Origin: the human T2T-CHM13v2.0 reference genome, Homo sapiens
DNA length: 64,000 nucleotides
Direction: 5' to 3' (one strand)
NCBI RefSeq assembly: GCF_009914755.1
Contig: NC_060927.1
Below are positions 1-12,000 of this stretch, piece by piece (position 1 is the first letter of the stretch; each line of letters opens with the position of its first letter). A program made the position numbers and the translations under genes. The notes beneath the pieces are model-generated. The model did not search any database, was not told where the DNA came from, and saw only the letters and a list, made by a program, of their open reading frames with translations.

Positions 1-614
1 ATTTTTTCCCCTTTTTTTCTTCCAAGTGCAAAATTTTAAGTGAAATCTCAGGCAGCCCTCATTTAACAATTTCATGTGAAAAAATAACCATTGTGAACTC
101 TCAGAGTAGTAATTACAGGAAGTTATGAAACTTTGCTAACTTTTACTAACAGATAAAGCATTTTCTTTTGATTGTTAGGAAATCGTGTGTGGACAGCACG
201 GGAGAACACACTCTGCCTGTACACATTGCCAACTCTTGCTTCATTGAGTTTCACAAACAATCCCAAGCTTAATTTTAGCCAAAAATGTAAACCAGTTCCC
301 ACAGTAAAAGTTGTGCTAATTTCCAAGTTGATTTTTATTTCTTTTTCATTCCTCTGTTGTTTGAACTGGTCAAATTGAGCAGTGAGATGGCCAAGGGACA
401 AAGGGTAAGGCCAGGGGGGTCACTAAACCAAGACCAGGCTCTAGGATTTCAATGTTTCTTTCTTCTTTCTTGCCGTCAGTAAAGATCCCCTAGGCATTGA
501 CATTTTAAAAACTCTCCATGTCTTCTGTTAACTCCCTTAGGATCCTGATCTCTGTAACAATGATGGATGGTGACACTTAATTATGGACACTCACAGGCAT
601 CCAATTCAAGCAAT

Positions 615-835
615 CCTGGCTTCCAAGCCCAGATCTGCCCCTTACTAGCAGTGTGACTTCACGTGAGTTAGGCTCTCAGTTTTTTTCATCTTTAAAATGG
701 GGATTATATTTCCTGATTATAGTAGCTGATTATAATACAGATTATGGTGCCAATCTCAGAGGTAAGATAAATGCACTTAGCATACAACATAGAACACAGT
801 AAGTGCTGAATAAATGGTACCTGCCATTATTATTG
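615..835 (+). mobile_element. MIR SINE
   Basis: Core ttactagcagtgtgac...ctcagttt...catctttaaaatgggg and 3' end cagtaagtgctgaataaatgg. Confidence 0.75.
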
Positions 836-1117
836 CAAGCTAATTAAAAACGATCATTTGTACTAAATTATGTTTTATTCAAGGAAGGTAATGTCATTCC
901 TCACCAATTAATCATTTGTTGATGAAAGGCCCTTGAGTAGCAATGTCACACACTGTATGAGAACTGGAAAGGATAGATCTTTTGTTACATCAGCCACCCT
1001 GTCTCATAGATGACTGCTGGCTCCTCTTTTCTGCACGAAGGCCAGAACATGAAAAGTTAGATATTTATAAAATTGCTCAATTCATAATATTTGAGAGTTG
1101 ATGATAATTTCTGTTTT

Positions 1118-1560
1118 AGTTCTTGCTCCCCAAGGAGCAGATGCTTCTGGGGAGGTTCAGGAGCACGTGAAGAAACAACACTGATAGATGGCGATCGGGA
1201 CAAGAGCACCTTATTAATTCAGCTACCACTGTGGGTGACTGCAGGTCAATACCCTAGGGCAACTCCAAGAGCCAGTGTAGGGTACACATCTTAGAGTCAT
1301 CATACACAAGGGGTGAGGGAGCTAGGTTATTTATACACCAACCCCTGATTGACTAGTAAAATGTCTCCCCTGGTCGTTTGGGTTTTTTTTAATTTTTAAT
1401 TTTTGTAGGTACCCCTAGTAGTTGTGATTTCTCCAAAACTTCTAACTTGCTACAAAGGAGGACAACAGAGATTATCCAGCCAGAGAAGTTCTTACATAAA
1501 GAAATGCAGGGCCTGTGTGCTCAGCATGGTAAGGACAAGGTAATATAAACAGGCACAAAA
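1118..1560 (-). mobile_element. Old ERVL LTR (LTR33/LTR16C-like)
   Basis: ccactgtgggtgactg...ggggtgagggagctaggttatttatacaccaac resembles the recalled reverse complement of this family. The right boundary is uncertain. Confidence 0.55.
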
Positions 1561-1992
1561 AGCATTTGTTTTTATTTCTTATACAGTAATATGGATCTAA
1601 GTTTGGGAAAATTTTAATGGAATCTTCCTGAACATATATTCTTAATGATACAATTGGTTTATATTAAAATTTGCTATTGAAACAAATGTAGTTTTGGTAA
1701 AGAAAAGCTATCATATACCTATGGAATTTTAGACAACTTCCTCCAAACCATTAATCTTTGCACACTTGCTTCTTAATGAGCCCATTTGCACAATCCTATT
1801 TATCATTTTACTTACATGCTTGTCCATCTCTCTGAAACGTTGGGGGAACATGACCAGAACTTCACCCGGTTTACTTTTCTTTCCATTGTTTAATCCACCT
1901 ATCTGAGCTACCTTGTTTACCAATGTTACCCATGAACTGACAGGAGTTTATTTTAATCTAATATTCTGCTTTTCAAAGGAAGAAACTTATTA

Positions 1993-2351
1993 CAGTTTGA
2001 ATGTATCTTGTCCAAAATGCCTGGGACCAGAAGTGTTTCAGATGTTGAATTTCTTTGGATTTTTGAATATTTGCATATACGCAATGAGATATTCTGGGTA
2101 TGGGACCCATGTCTAAACACAGAGTTTGTTTATGTTTCATATATACCTTATATACATAATCTGAAGGTAATTTTATACACTATTTGAAAGTAATTTTGGG
2201 CATGAAACAAAGTTGCGACTGTTTTTTCTGCGACCCACCACATAAGATCAGATGTGGAATTTTGCAGTTGTGCATCATTTTAGCGCTCAAAAAATTTCTG
2301 ATTTTGGAGCATTGTGGATTTCAGATTTTTTATTTAGAGTTGCCTAATCTG
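1993..2351. mobile_element. Tigger4b/MER46-type TcMar DNA transposon (MITE)
   Basis: aaatgcctgggaccagaagtgtttcagat...ttttggagcattgtggatttcagatttt, TA-flanked with CAG...CTG termini. Confidence 0.85.
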
Positions 2352-3603
2352 TATACAAAAACTTTAAGTACTCTCCTGCCTGATATGCTTAGTAGTGCAT
2401 TCATCTGCAGATTCTACCAACTTCTGTCCTTTTGTTATACTGCTGATAATCATTATTCCTCTGACATATTCCACGTGCACCTGTCTTAACAACTAAGGGG
2501 GAAAAGCAACACAAAAATCTTCATACTTGGTGCTTCATTTTATGTGAGCTCCCTGAAGGGACAGGCTTGTGGCTGTGCCTACATTCCAGTGAAATTAATG
2601 CTCCTTCTTCAGACTACTGTTATTCTATTTATAGCCACAGGACTTCAATTTTATAAGAGTCCAGAAAGTTCTGAGTAATGCACAGAATTCTACATACACA
2701 GCAAATGCAGCCATGGCAAAATGTAGTCCCTGGTGAGGGAGGCAAACAGAGAATCAACAATCCTTTGCTTTTATTGGAATAATAAAACCGGAGCAGTTTG
2801 TGTCTGAATGTGCTGTAAACCAGATTTTTTTTTTCATGTAAATTCTATAGCCAGGATATCACAGACATTGCCATGAAAGTGGTAAATGGAGAAATACAGT
2901 CTTTGGAGGAATCTTGACTTCTCAGCACTCTTTGTTTATTCATTTAAATGTGCCTATTTTTATGGATGGTGGGTCAAGATGGCGGATTCAATGAAATAGT
3001 ATTTCATAACAAAATGAGCATGAAGAGAATTTGGGCATGTCTACCAAAACACGAAGGACAAGTGAGTACAATCATATATTGTTACCATCTCCCAAGTCTT
3101 CTCATTTGCTTTTTTTAAAGTATTGAAAATTCTGGAAAGACTCTGTGTGGACTATGCTATTCTTAATGTTTATTAAGGAGAGGACACTTTACATAATTTA
3201 TAGAGCTTATTTTTAATTATTGTTTTGACCCATTGGATGTAATTACACATTTTTTGTTGTACGAAAAATTTATATAATTAATACTACCATATTAAAGACT
3301 ATTATAAAATATTTATCACCATTTATTAGACTAATGGTAGCATACTATTCACTTTTATTCACCCAGCTTTCTTCACATAACAACATATCTTGGTGCTCCT
3401 TTATAATAACAAATGTAAACATTTTCGACAAATACATAAAGTTCCATTTTGTGAATACTTCACAGTTTAATAAACCATTTCCCAATTGATAGGCAATTGG
3501 CTTTGTTATGAAATACTATCCTAGTGAAGAGGCTTAAACATACACAAAAAATCTTTCAATAAGTACCTTCTTGAAAGAAGGTTTCAAATGTAGAGCTATT
3601 TTC

Positions 3604-3889
3604 ATTTTTTTGAGATGAAGTACCACTCTGTTGCCCAAGCTGGAGTGCAGTGTCACAATCTCAGCTCACTGCAACTCCGCTTTCCAGGTTCAAGCAATTC
3701 TCCTGCCTCGGTCTCCGAAGTAGCTGGGACTACAGGCAAATGGCGCCAAACCCAGCTAATTTTTGTATTTTAAAGTAGAGTCAGGGTTTCATTTGGCCAG
3801 GCTAGTCTCGAACTCCTGACCTCAGGTAATCCACCTGTCTTGGCCTCCCTAAGTGCTGGTATTACAGGCGTGAGCCACCGTGCCTGTCC
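3604..3889 (-). mobile_element. Alu (AluS)
   Basis: Full dimer in antisense; 15-bp TSD tgtagagctattttc (3589-3603) / tgtggagctattttc (3890-3904). Confidence 0.95.
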
Positions 3890-5371
3890 TGTGGAGCTAT
3901 TTTCTAATGGCTAAAATTCAGAATTTGCAAAAATGAAAATGAAAATCAACTATAATTTTACCATACAATTTATTATTAACTCTTTCCAGCTTTTGTTCTG
4001 TTTGCACATACAACTCTAAAAGCGTAGGAAATTAGGATGTATGTAACTCATGTAGCCTTTTTTTCTCAGTTAACATTGTGACGTAAGTATTACCTATGTC
4101 AAAAATAATTCTCTATAAACATGATTTTAGTGTCCGCATAGTATGGTAATATTATAATTAACCACTTATCCATAACGTACAGACATATTACACCCCCATA
4201 CATATTGCTATATTACATATAAGGGAAGATATACTGATTTGTACACTAAACCACAGTGCACATGTACCTACATTACCTGTCTGTGTAACCTCCTTCAGAT
4301 TATGATTCAGTAGGTCTGAGGCAGGACAAGAAAGCCACTGCCACTTATCCTTGGATGAAACCTCAAATAGCAGGGGTATAAAGGATGATGATGGCCTATT
4401 ATTTTATTTTACTTCCTTTAAGACTGAACAAAGGGACTGGATTTGTCATATTTAAATTAGATGCATTGGCACCCTAGTAGTTATATTTATTGAACTCTCT
4501 AAGAGACTTTCTAAGGTAGATGCTCGGTTTAGGCTATTTTGGCCACATCCCAAATAAAGTCACAATACTGGACTATGTGATCTCTGGATATCCTTTTTTC
4601 TGAATCCTTTGATTCCAGGAACACTTTTCTCTCACTTTTCAGTATCTGCCAGTAGATCTATTATAGATGTGTTACAGTTAAACATCAAAATATGGTGGCT
4701 CTTTGCTGTGATAAGCTAGAGAGTAATAATTTATTAGTCAAGACAGGAATAGTATGGAGTTCTTTTTCACTCTCTTCCATATGTTGCAGAATTAACGCCA
4801 AACTGTGTACGGTCTGAATCCTTTCCATTGAGGCAGGTTGTAGAACATGAGCTTATGAGGCTCCAGAATTTTCCTGGAATACATCTTTCCTACATCTCTT
4901 GTAGAGCTCATGTTCCCAAAGTAATCATTATACAAATACTCAGCTGGCTGGCTCTAGGAATCCAAGTATAAATAGCAAATTTTACTTGCTCTCAAGGGCC
5001 TTTGAGTTTAATAGATCAGACAGGCAAGAAAATTGGTAATTATAGAACATGTATGGTAAGTACTATAGTAAGATATGAATAGGTGCAAAAGAGGGAATCC
5101 TAACTCAATTATTTCAGACTTTTTTTTTTTTTCAGGAAAGTGAAGACAAGCTATAATTAGCCAAGGAAAGTAATGGGGAGTTAGGGGAGAAGGGAATATT
5201 TTTCAGGAAAGCTTAGAGGTTCAAAAAGGATAGAGGAATTTAAAAAAAGAGAAATTAGAGAGCTGCAAGTAATCTGGTTAGAGGACGCACGAGGGAGATT
5301 ATAAGCATGTGTGTGTGTGTTCGTGTGCATGTGTACACGTATACGTTGGAGATTGGACATTGCGCTTTTTA

Positions 5372-5767
<396 letters not shown>

Positions 5768-5852
5768 TTACCTCCGTAAAAAACAAGCTAGGAACCAGAA
5801 TGTAAGAGCTCACTCACTGCAGTCTAGAGAATGACTGTTTGGTGGCCCATGG

Positions 5853-7379
5853 TGAGAGGTAACAGCCTGCTGGCAGCCCTCGCTCGCCCTCGGTGCCTCC
5901 TCAGCCTCAGGGCCCACTCTGGCCGTGCTTGAGGAGCCCTTCAGCCTGCTGCTGCACTATGGGAGCCCCTCTCTGGGCTGGCAGAGGTCGGAGCCAGCTC
6001 CCTCTGCTTGTAAGGAGGTGTGGAGGGAGAGGCGCAGGTGGGAACTGGGGCTGCGCGCGTCGTTCACGGCCCTGTGTGAGTTCTGGGTGGGCGTGGGCTG
6101 GGCGGGCCCGCACTCGGAGAGGCTGGCCGGCGCCACCGGCCTTGGGCAGTGAGAGTTAGGCGGGCCAGCAGCTGCGGAGGGTGCACCTGGTCCTCTAGCA
6201 GTGCCGGCCCACTGGCACTGCGCTGGAATTCTCACCGGGCGTCAGCTGTCTCCCAGCGGGGCAGGGCTTGGGACCTGAAGCCTGCGCGCAGCCGGAGTCT
6301 CACCGAGGAGCCCCACCCCCTGCTCCACGGCGCCGCCCGGTCCCATCGACCGCCCAAAGGCTGAGGAGTGCAGGCCCTCGGTGTGGGACTGGTGGGCAGC
6401 TCTGCCCGCGGCCGTGGCGCGGGATCCACTAAGGAAAGCCAGCTGGGTTCCTGAGTCCAGTGGGGACTTGGAGAACTTTTATGTCTAGCTAAAGGTTTGT
6501 AAATATGCCAATCAGCACTCTGTGTCTAGCTCAAGGTTTGTAAACACACCAATCAGCACCCTGTGTCTAGCTCAAGGTTTGTAAATGCACCAATCAGTGC
6601 TGTGTGTCTAGCTAATCTAGTGGGACTTGGAGAACCTTTATGTCTAGCTAAAGGATTGTAAATCCACCAATCAGCACCCTGTGTCTAGCTCAAGGTTTGT
6701 AAATGCACCAATCAGTGCTCTGTGTCTAGCTAATCTAGTGTGGACTTGGAGAACTTTTGTGTCTAGCTCAGGGATTGTAAACACACCAATCAGCACCCTG
6801 TCAAAACAGACCAATCAGCTCTCTGTTAAACAGACCAATCAGGTCTCTGTAAAATGGACCAATCAGCAGGATGTGGGTGGGGCCAGATAAGGGAATGAAA
6901 GGCTGCCAGAGCTGGCAGTGGCAACCCGCCGGGGTCCTCTTTCACTCTGTGGAAGCTTTGTTCTTTTGCTCTTTGCAATAAGTCACTGCTGCTCACTTTT
7001 TGAGTCCACACCATCTTTATGAGCTGTAACTCACCACAAAGGTCTGCAGCTTCATTCCTGAGGCCAGCGAGACCACAAACCCACCAGGAGGAATGAACAA
7101 CTCTGGATAGGAGGAATGAACAACTCTGGATGAGAGGAACGAACAACTCCAGATGCACCGCCTCAAGAGCTGTAACACTCACCGTGAAGGTCTGCAGTTT
7201 TACTCCTGAAGCCAGCGAGACCACGAACCCACCAGAAGGAAGAAACTCCGAACACGTCCGAACGTCAGAAGGAACAAACTCTGGACACACCACCTTTAAG
7301 AACTGTAACACTCACCGCGAGGGTCCGCGGCTTCATTCTTGAAGTCAGTGAGACCAAGAACCCACCAATTCCGGACACA
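5853..7379 (+). mobile_element. Solo LTR12 (ERV9 LTR, LTR12C/D/E group), sense to the host gene
   Basis: Starts TGAGAGGTaACAGC and ends CCAATTCCGGACACA. It has a GC/CpG-rich 5' U3, nine CCAATCAG repeats (6508-6865), GGTGGGGCCAGATAAG, and U5 repeats. 4-bp TSD atgg/atag. Confidence 0.95.
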
Positions 7380-8214
7380 ATAGGAAGCTGAAAAGATTGT
7401 TGGAAGCCCTAGAGTGGTTAATGATGACTAACTTTCGTTAAGTGTTCATGTTAGCACTAGATGATATTATTAGATGTATCTAATACTGATGCAGACGATG
7501 TTTTGAGCTATTTCAAATATTACTTAACTTTCAAAGCAGCTATTTTAGGTGTGATTGTTTATTACAATAATTCTCACTTACATTTAAGTACAATGAAACA
7601 CAGGCATAATTGCATTACATTTCCGAAGCCATAGAACTAGGGAGTTGTAAAAGTTTGTAGTTTGTTTCGAGGGTCCACTCACTTCACTACGGAGCTGTAC
7701 TGTCTTCTCCATGGAAACTATGATGAAGACAGTAGGTATAAACCTTTTGCTTGAAGTTGATTGACATATGTACATGTGTTAATTCAATGTGTGGGGAAGA
7801 ACTTGGCTGAAAGTCTAGTGAAATTGTAAGAAAACATTGTCTATAGGAAACAATTTGAAGAGATCGGTTGCCAGAAACAACTTAATGAATGCTATTTAAG
7901 GAGAACATCTGAATATCAGATGGGAACTATTACGGTTGGGAACTTTCTATCTTAGTACATGTAGGTTCACATGTGCTAACATATCTGCAATGCCCAGAGT
8001 ATTTGTACAAGTAGTAGGTCTAAAGTTCTACCCTGGTAGTGCCATGTTATAACAAAGTATTTTTTATTATCTTTCCATTTCTATCAAGTTAATTGCTATT
8101 GAAGTAGGTGCAAACTCACCTGATTAGAATGGATTTAGAAGATTTAGAGCCAAAATTGATGATTCCCATTCTTATTGTGAAAGACCTGTAAAATCTTTAA
8201 ATATTCATTTAATC

Positions 8215-8731
8215 CAGGGATCCCCAACCCTACAGGTTGTGTTACAAATGGGCCACACAGGTAGGAACTGGGCCGCACGGCTGGAGATGAGTGCTGGGCG
8301 AGTGAATGAAGCTTTCATCTGTATTTACAGCTGCTCCCAATCACCCACATTATCGCCTGCACTCCCTCCTGTCAGATCAGTGGCACCATTTGATTCTCAT
8401 AGGAGCATGAACCCTGTTGTGAACTGCACATGCAAGAGGTCTAGGTTGTGTGTTCCTTATGAGAATCTAATGTCTGATGATCTGTCACTGTCTCTCATCA
8501 ACCCCAGATTGGACTGTCTAGTTGCAGGAAAACAAGCTCAGGGCTCCCATTGATTCTACATTAGAGTGAGTCATATAATTATTTTATTATATATTACAAT
8601 GTAATAGAAATAAACTGCACAATAAACGTAATGCGCTTGAATCATCCCAAAACCATCTCCCCACACAGGTTCATGGAAAAATTGTCTTCCACAAAACTGG
8701 TCCCTGGTGCCGTAAAGGTTGGGGACCCCTG
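8215..8731. mobile_element. MER1A hAT-Charlie DNA transposon
   Basis: TIRs cagggatccccaacc / ggttggggacccctg; perfect 8-bp TSD atttaatc (8207-8214, 8732-8739). Confidence 0.93.
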
Positions 8732-8949
8732 ATTTAATCTTTGCTTCTATTTCAATTACTTAAAAATGAATCAAACTCGTGTGTATTCCAGAAAGAGATT
8801 GGTATATAAAGAAGGTTTCATTGGATAAGTGTTTCCAGTGTTGAAATACAGATGCATTTTGGCCCTTACACATTTCCATTTAAATGTCTAGTTATTTTTT
8901 AAAGATAAAAACAACCTTCCAGGAGCAAGAGAAGCAACTCATTTCTATC

Positions 8950-9090
8950 CAATTGGGCAAATCACTTAACCTCTCAAAGTCGCAGTTGCCTCATCTGTAA
9001 AACGGTGATACTACTGCCTGTTTTATAGGATTATTGTGATAAAATACATGTAAAGTAGCAGGCATCTAGTGGGCATTCAACCAATGTTGG
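8950..9090 (+). mobile_element. MIR fragment
   Basis: ttgggcaaatcacttaacctctc...cagttgcctcatctgtaaaacgg core. Confidence 0.75.
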
Positions 9091-12000
9091 ATCATTTATT
9101 TATATTTCTTCCTTAGCTCTGCAGTTGCATTATCATTATTTTTAAATGTTGATACTAGTTTTTGAATTGCTGTGTTGATTTCAGACTTTCTGATTGAAAT
9201 AATTTAAAAAATTGTTAGATAGAAGGGAAGAATGCAGATTTTTTTGACAGGAAAAAATGTTATTGAACTTTGTTTCAACATAAAAGTTGGTAGGGTTTAC
9301 CCACAAAAATACTTTTTAGAGAAAAGCCAACATGGCATTTATTAGCTTTGGCCATTGCTTGGCAAGGGGTTAGTTCTTACTTCCAAATTCATAATGTTGT
9401 CAAGATATCTTGTCACATGATCACTGGCATAATTAAACTGTTACCGCATGGTGTTCCAAGGGGAATGCTTTCTGGTGTCAGTTCCCTTGTGCATGTGATG
9501 AGGCCCTAGATTTTAGCTAGGGGCTTTTTGTTTCACCAAATAAAACGATAGCTTTCTCGCCCATGTCCACGGTGAATAACAATCCTATTACACCTTACCA
9601 ACCATTACGGCCACATTGCAGGGTAAGGAGTTGAAAGATCTTCCAGCATTTGTTATCCACAGGGTGTGTCATTTAAATCCAGTATCACATAAAGCTTGAA
9701 AAATAACTTTTATGCAGAAAAATGTATATGAAGTAAACTCTCCAATTTACCTTTGGACCAGAACATGGTCTATAAAAGTGGCACATTATGCAAATGAAGT
9801 TTACTTTCTCCTCCTTTCTTTTTGCTTGTGTAATATAAAGAATCACATGTTATAGAAACTGATCCTTTTCTTTGAAGCCAGGGGCTGAGAAGTCCCTCCA
9901 GAGCATAACACAGTGCTTAAGTACTGTACTTAGGCACAGCAAGTGAAAACATAATGAAATGGAAAATGTGCTTTAAAATGAAATATAATTAATATGAACA
10001 TTCACCAGGTTTATTCTTCTTGTTGTGAATGATTATAGTTTATTGATTTTACTTTTTCAGTTATTTTTAGTTATTTCCTACATTGACTCACCTGTCCACC
10101 CTCCTGCACATCTCCTCTTGTAATTATACCCTCCTATGCAACCTCAATTCACGGAGAAGCATTATCATGGCATAATTACATCACAGGGTTGTGGTGAAGA
10201 AAAACTGAGATAACATATATGATATACAAATTCATGCAAATATTAGGAATTAGTATTGGTATTCAGATTAAAGAACTAAGGTGGCACTAAGTCCATACAG
10301 TTGATGTCACTATTCACGTAACAAACTGTGGTAATATCAGGTTTGTTTACTGCCTGAAAACAAGAGAGTATAGGGTATTGGCTGAGTTTTCCCTTATTAT
10401 TCAACAAAACAGCAGGTGTACCAGCAAGGGCTCTGCCTTCCCTTCTGTGGCTGTCATTCACATCAAGCTGGTTCTAGCAATTGTGAGACACTGAAGCTCC
10501 AAGGACATGTTGTCACCTGCTGAAGGCTTCCAGTCTGTTGTGACAGAATAATTGGTCCCTGGTAGAAAGGAAGCATATGCCATTAGGTGTAAGAACACTG
10601 CCACTTGATGTCAGGAAGAGAATCTGCCATTTACCTACCTTTGTCATGAAAATCCCCTTCACAAAGGCATTCTAGTCCTGACATTCATAATTACTTGCTT
10701 TCTATAGAGTAATTCCAGTGTTGTAATTTCTTGCATTGATACTTGTAGTTCCCTCCCTCTAATAAAATCTCTGAAAATCAAGCATCTATAACCCTGATTT
10801 TCTTTGCTATGCAAGGAGGGCTATGATATTGTCATGATGTCAATCCAAAGTGACACATAGTCAAGACTTCCAGATCCAAGCAGGCTCAATTGCTCTGCTG
10901 CATTGTTTATTTCACAGACGGCACTGGAGCAGGAGGTGAAGAGGGGAGAGCTGTCTACCAAAGACATCTCCAAGGATCCCTTTCAGTGAAGCTTAGACTC
11001 AGGATTTGGCAGAACTCATAGTATGAAATCATGTACCCCACTACACCACTCTCTCACAAGAAACTCTTCAGGGAGAACAACGAATGACATCTTGAAACAT
11101 TTTGCAGATCTTCAGGGATAAAGCCGTGAATGAAAAAGATGTTCATAGAGTCCATCACCATCATTTAAACACTCTCTATATAACAGAAGGATGCCTTAGC
11201 AAAACCACAGTATTTTTCCCAGAAACCTTTGTGCACAGGATATTTTTATTATTGCTTTTCCAAGTTACCCTAAGAATAGAATATGGTGTTAAGAGAACTG
11301 AAGTCCCCAAAGATATCTTGCATCCATTTTCTTGGAGTGGAAGGAAAGGAAATACAGACTTTTTTAAAAGATGGTTTGCTACTTATATGTTCTTGACACA
11401 ATCCTGAGGTCTTAGAGAGATCACTATTGCCCCCTTTTAGGATGGCAAATTAATGGAGAGGGGTGAGCTTTGTACTTTTCAAATTCAAATGGGGTCTATA
11501 CATTAATTGTCTCTGCCTTTGTGTGGGTTAAAAAATCTAAGAGACATGAAGAAACTGCTTGAAATTAATGTCTTTCATAAAAGATGACTTTTTCACATCT
11601 GGAAAATGTTCCTTTATATTCATATTTCTGTCCCCCAAAAACTATAAAATTTTATCATGTGTACTTTAGATAGATTATGCCAATGCCTATTTAGTTTCTC
11701 TTTTACAGATGATTATTGCGAGAAGTGAATTAAGATGTTTGAAATAAATCAGTCTACTTTTGTGCCTGGGTAGATTTTACTCATTGGGTTAATAAACACA
11801 TTCATCGTTATAGCTAGAACATGTAGATGTAAAATCAGGGATTAATGATGTTCCATAGCTATTTTAAATTAAGAGCAATATTTTCCAGACCTGTTAATTT
11901 TGAAAATACGGTTCCATGTTAACATGATTTTTCTTAAGTGTAGCAATGGGTTATCACCGTCTTTACTATAAAAACAAACAAAACATCTGACAAGAAAAAC

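Noticed and set aside
1110-1250. Possible cassette exon (ttctgttttAG...CAG|gtcaat) in an old LTR
   Set aside because: The donor is weak and nothing else supports it.
5880-6430. CpG-rich segment with several overlapping ORFs
   Set aside because: Intrinsic to the LTR12 U3; the ORFs reflect high GC content.
6470-6870. Array of similar repeats superficially like a CRISPR array
   Set aside because: These are the normal LTR12 U3 CCAAT enhancer repeats, with no unique spacers or cas genes, in eukaryotic DNA.
7467-7485. Short palindrome tattagat-gt-atctaata; also a 10-bp inverted repeat near 21364-21399 and a 12-bp direct repeat near 33158-33184
   Set aside because: Short and mostly AT-rich; expected by chance or local slippage.
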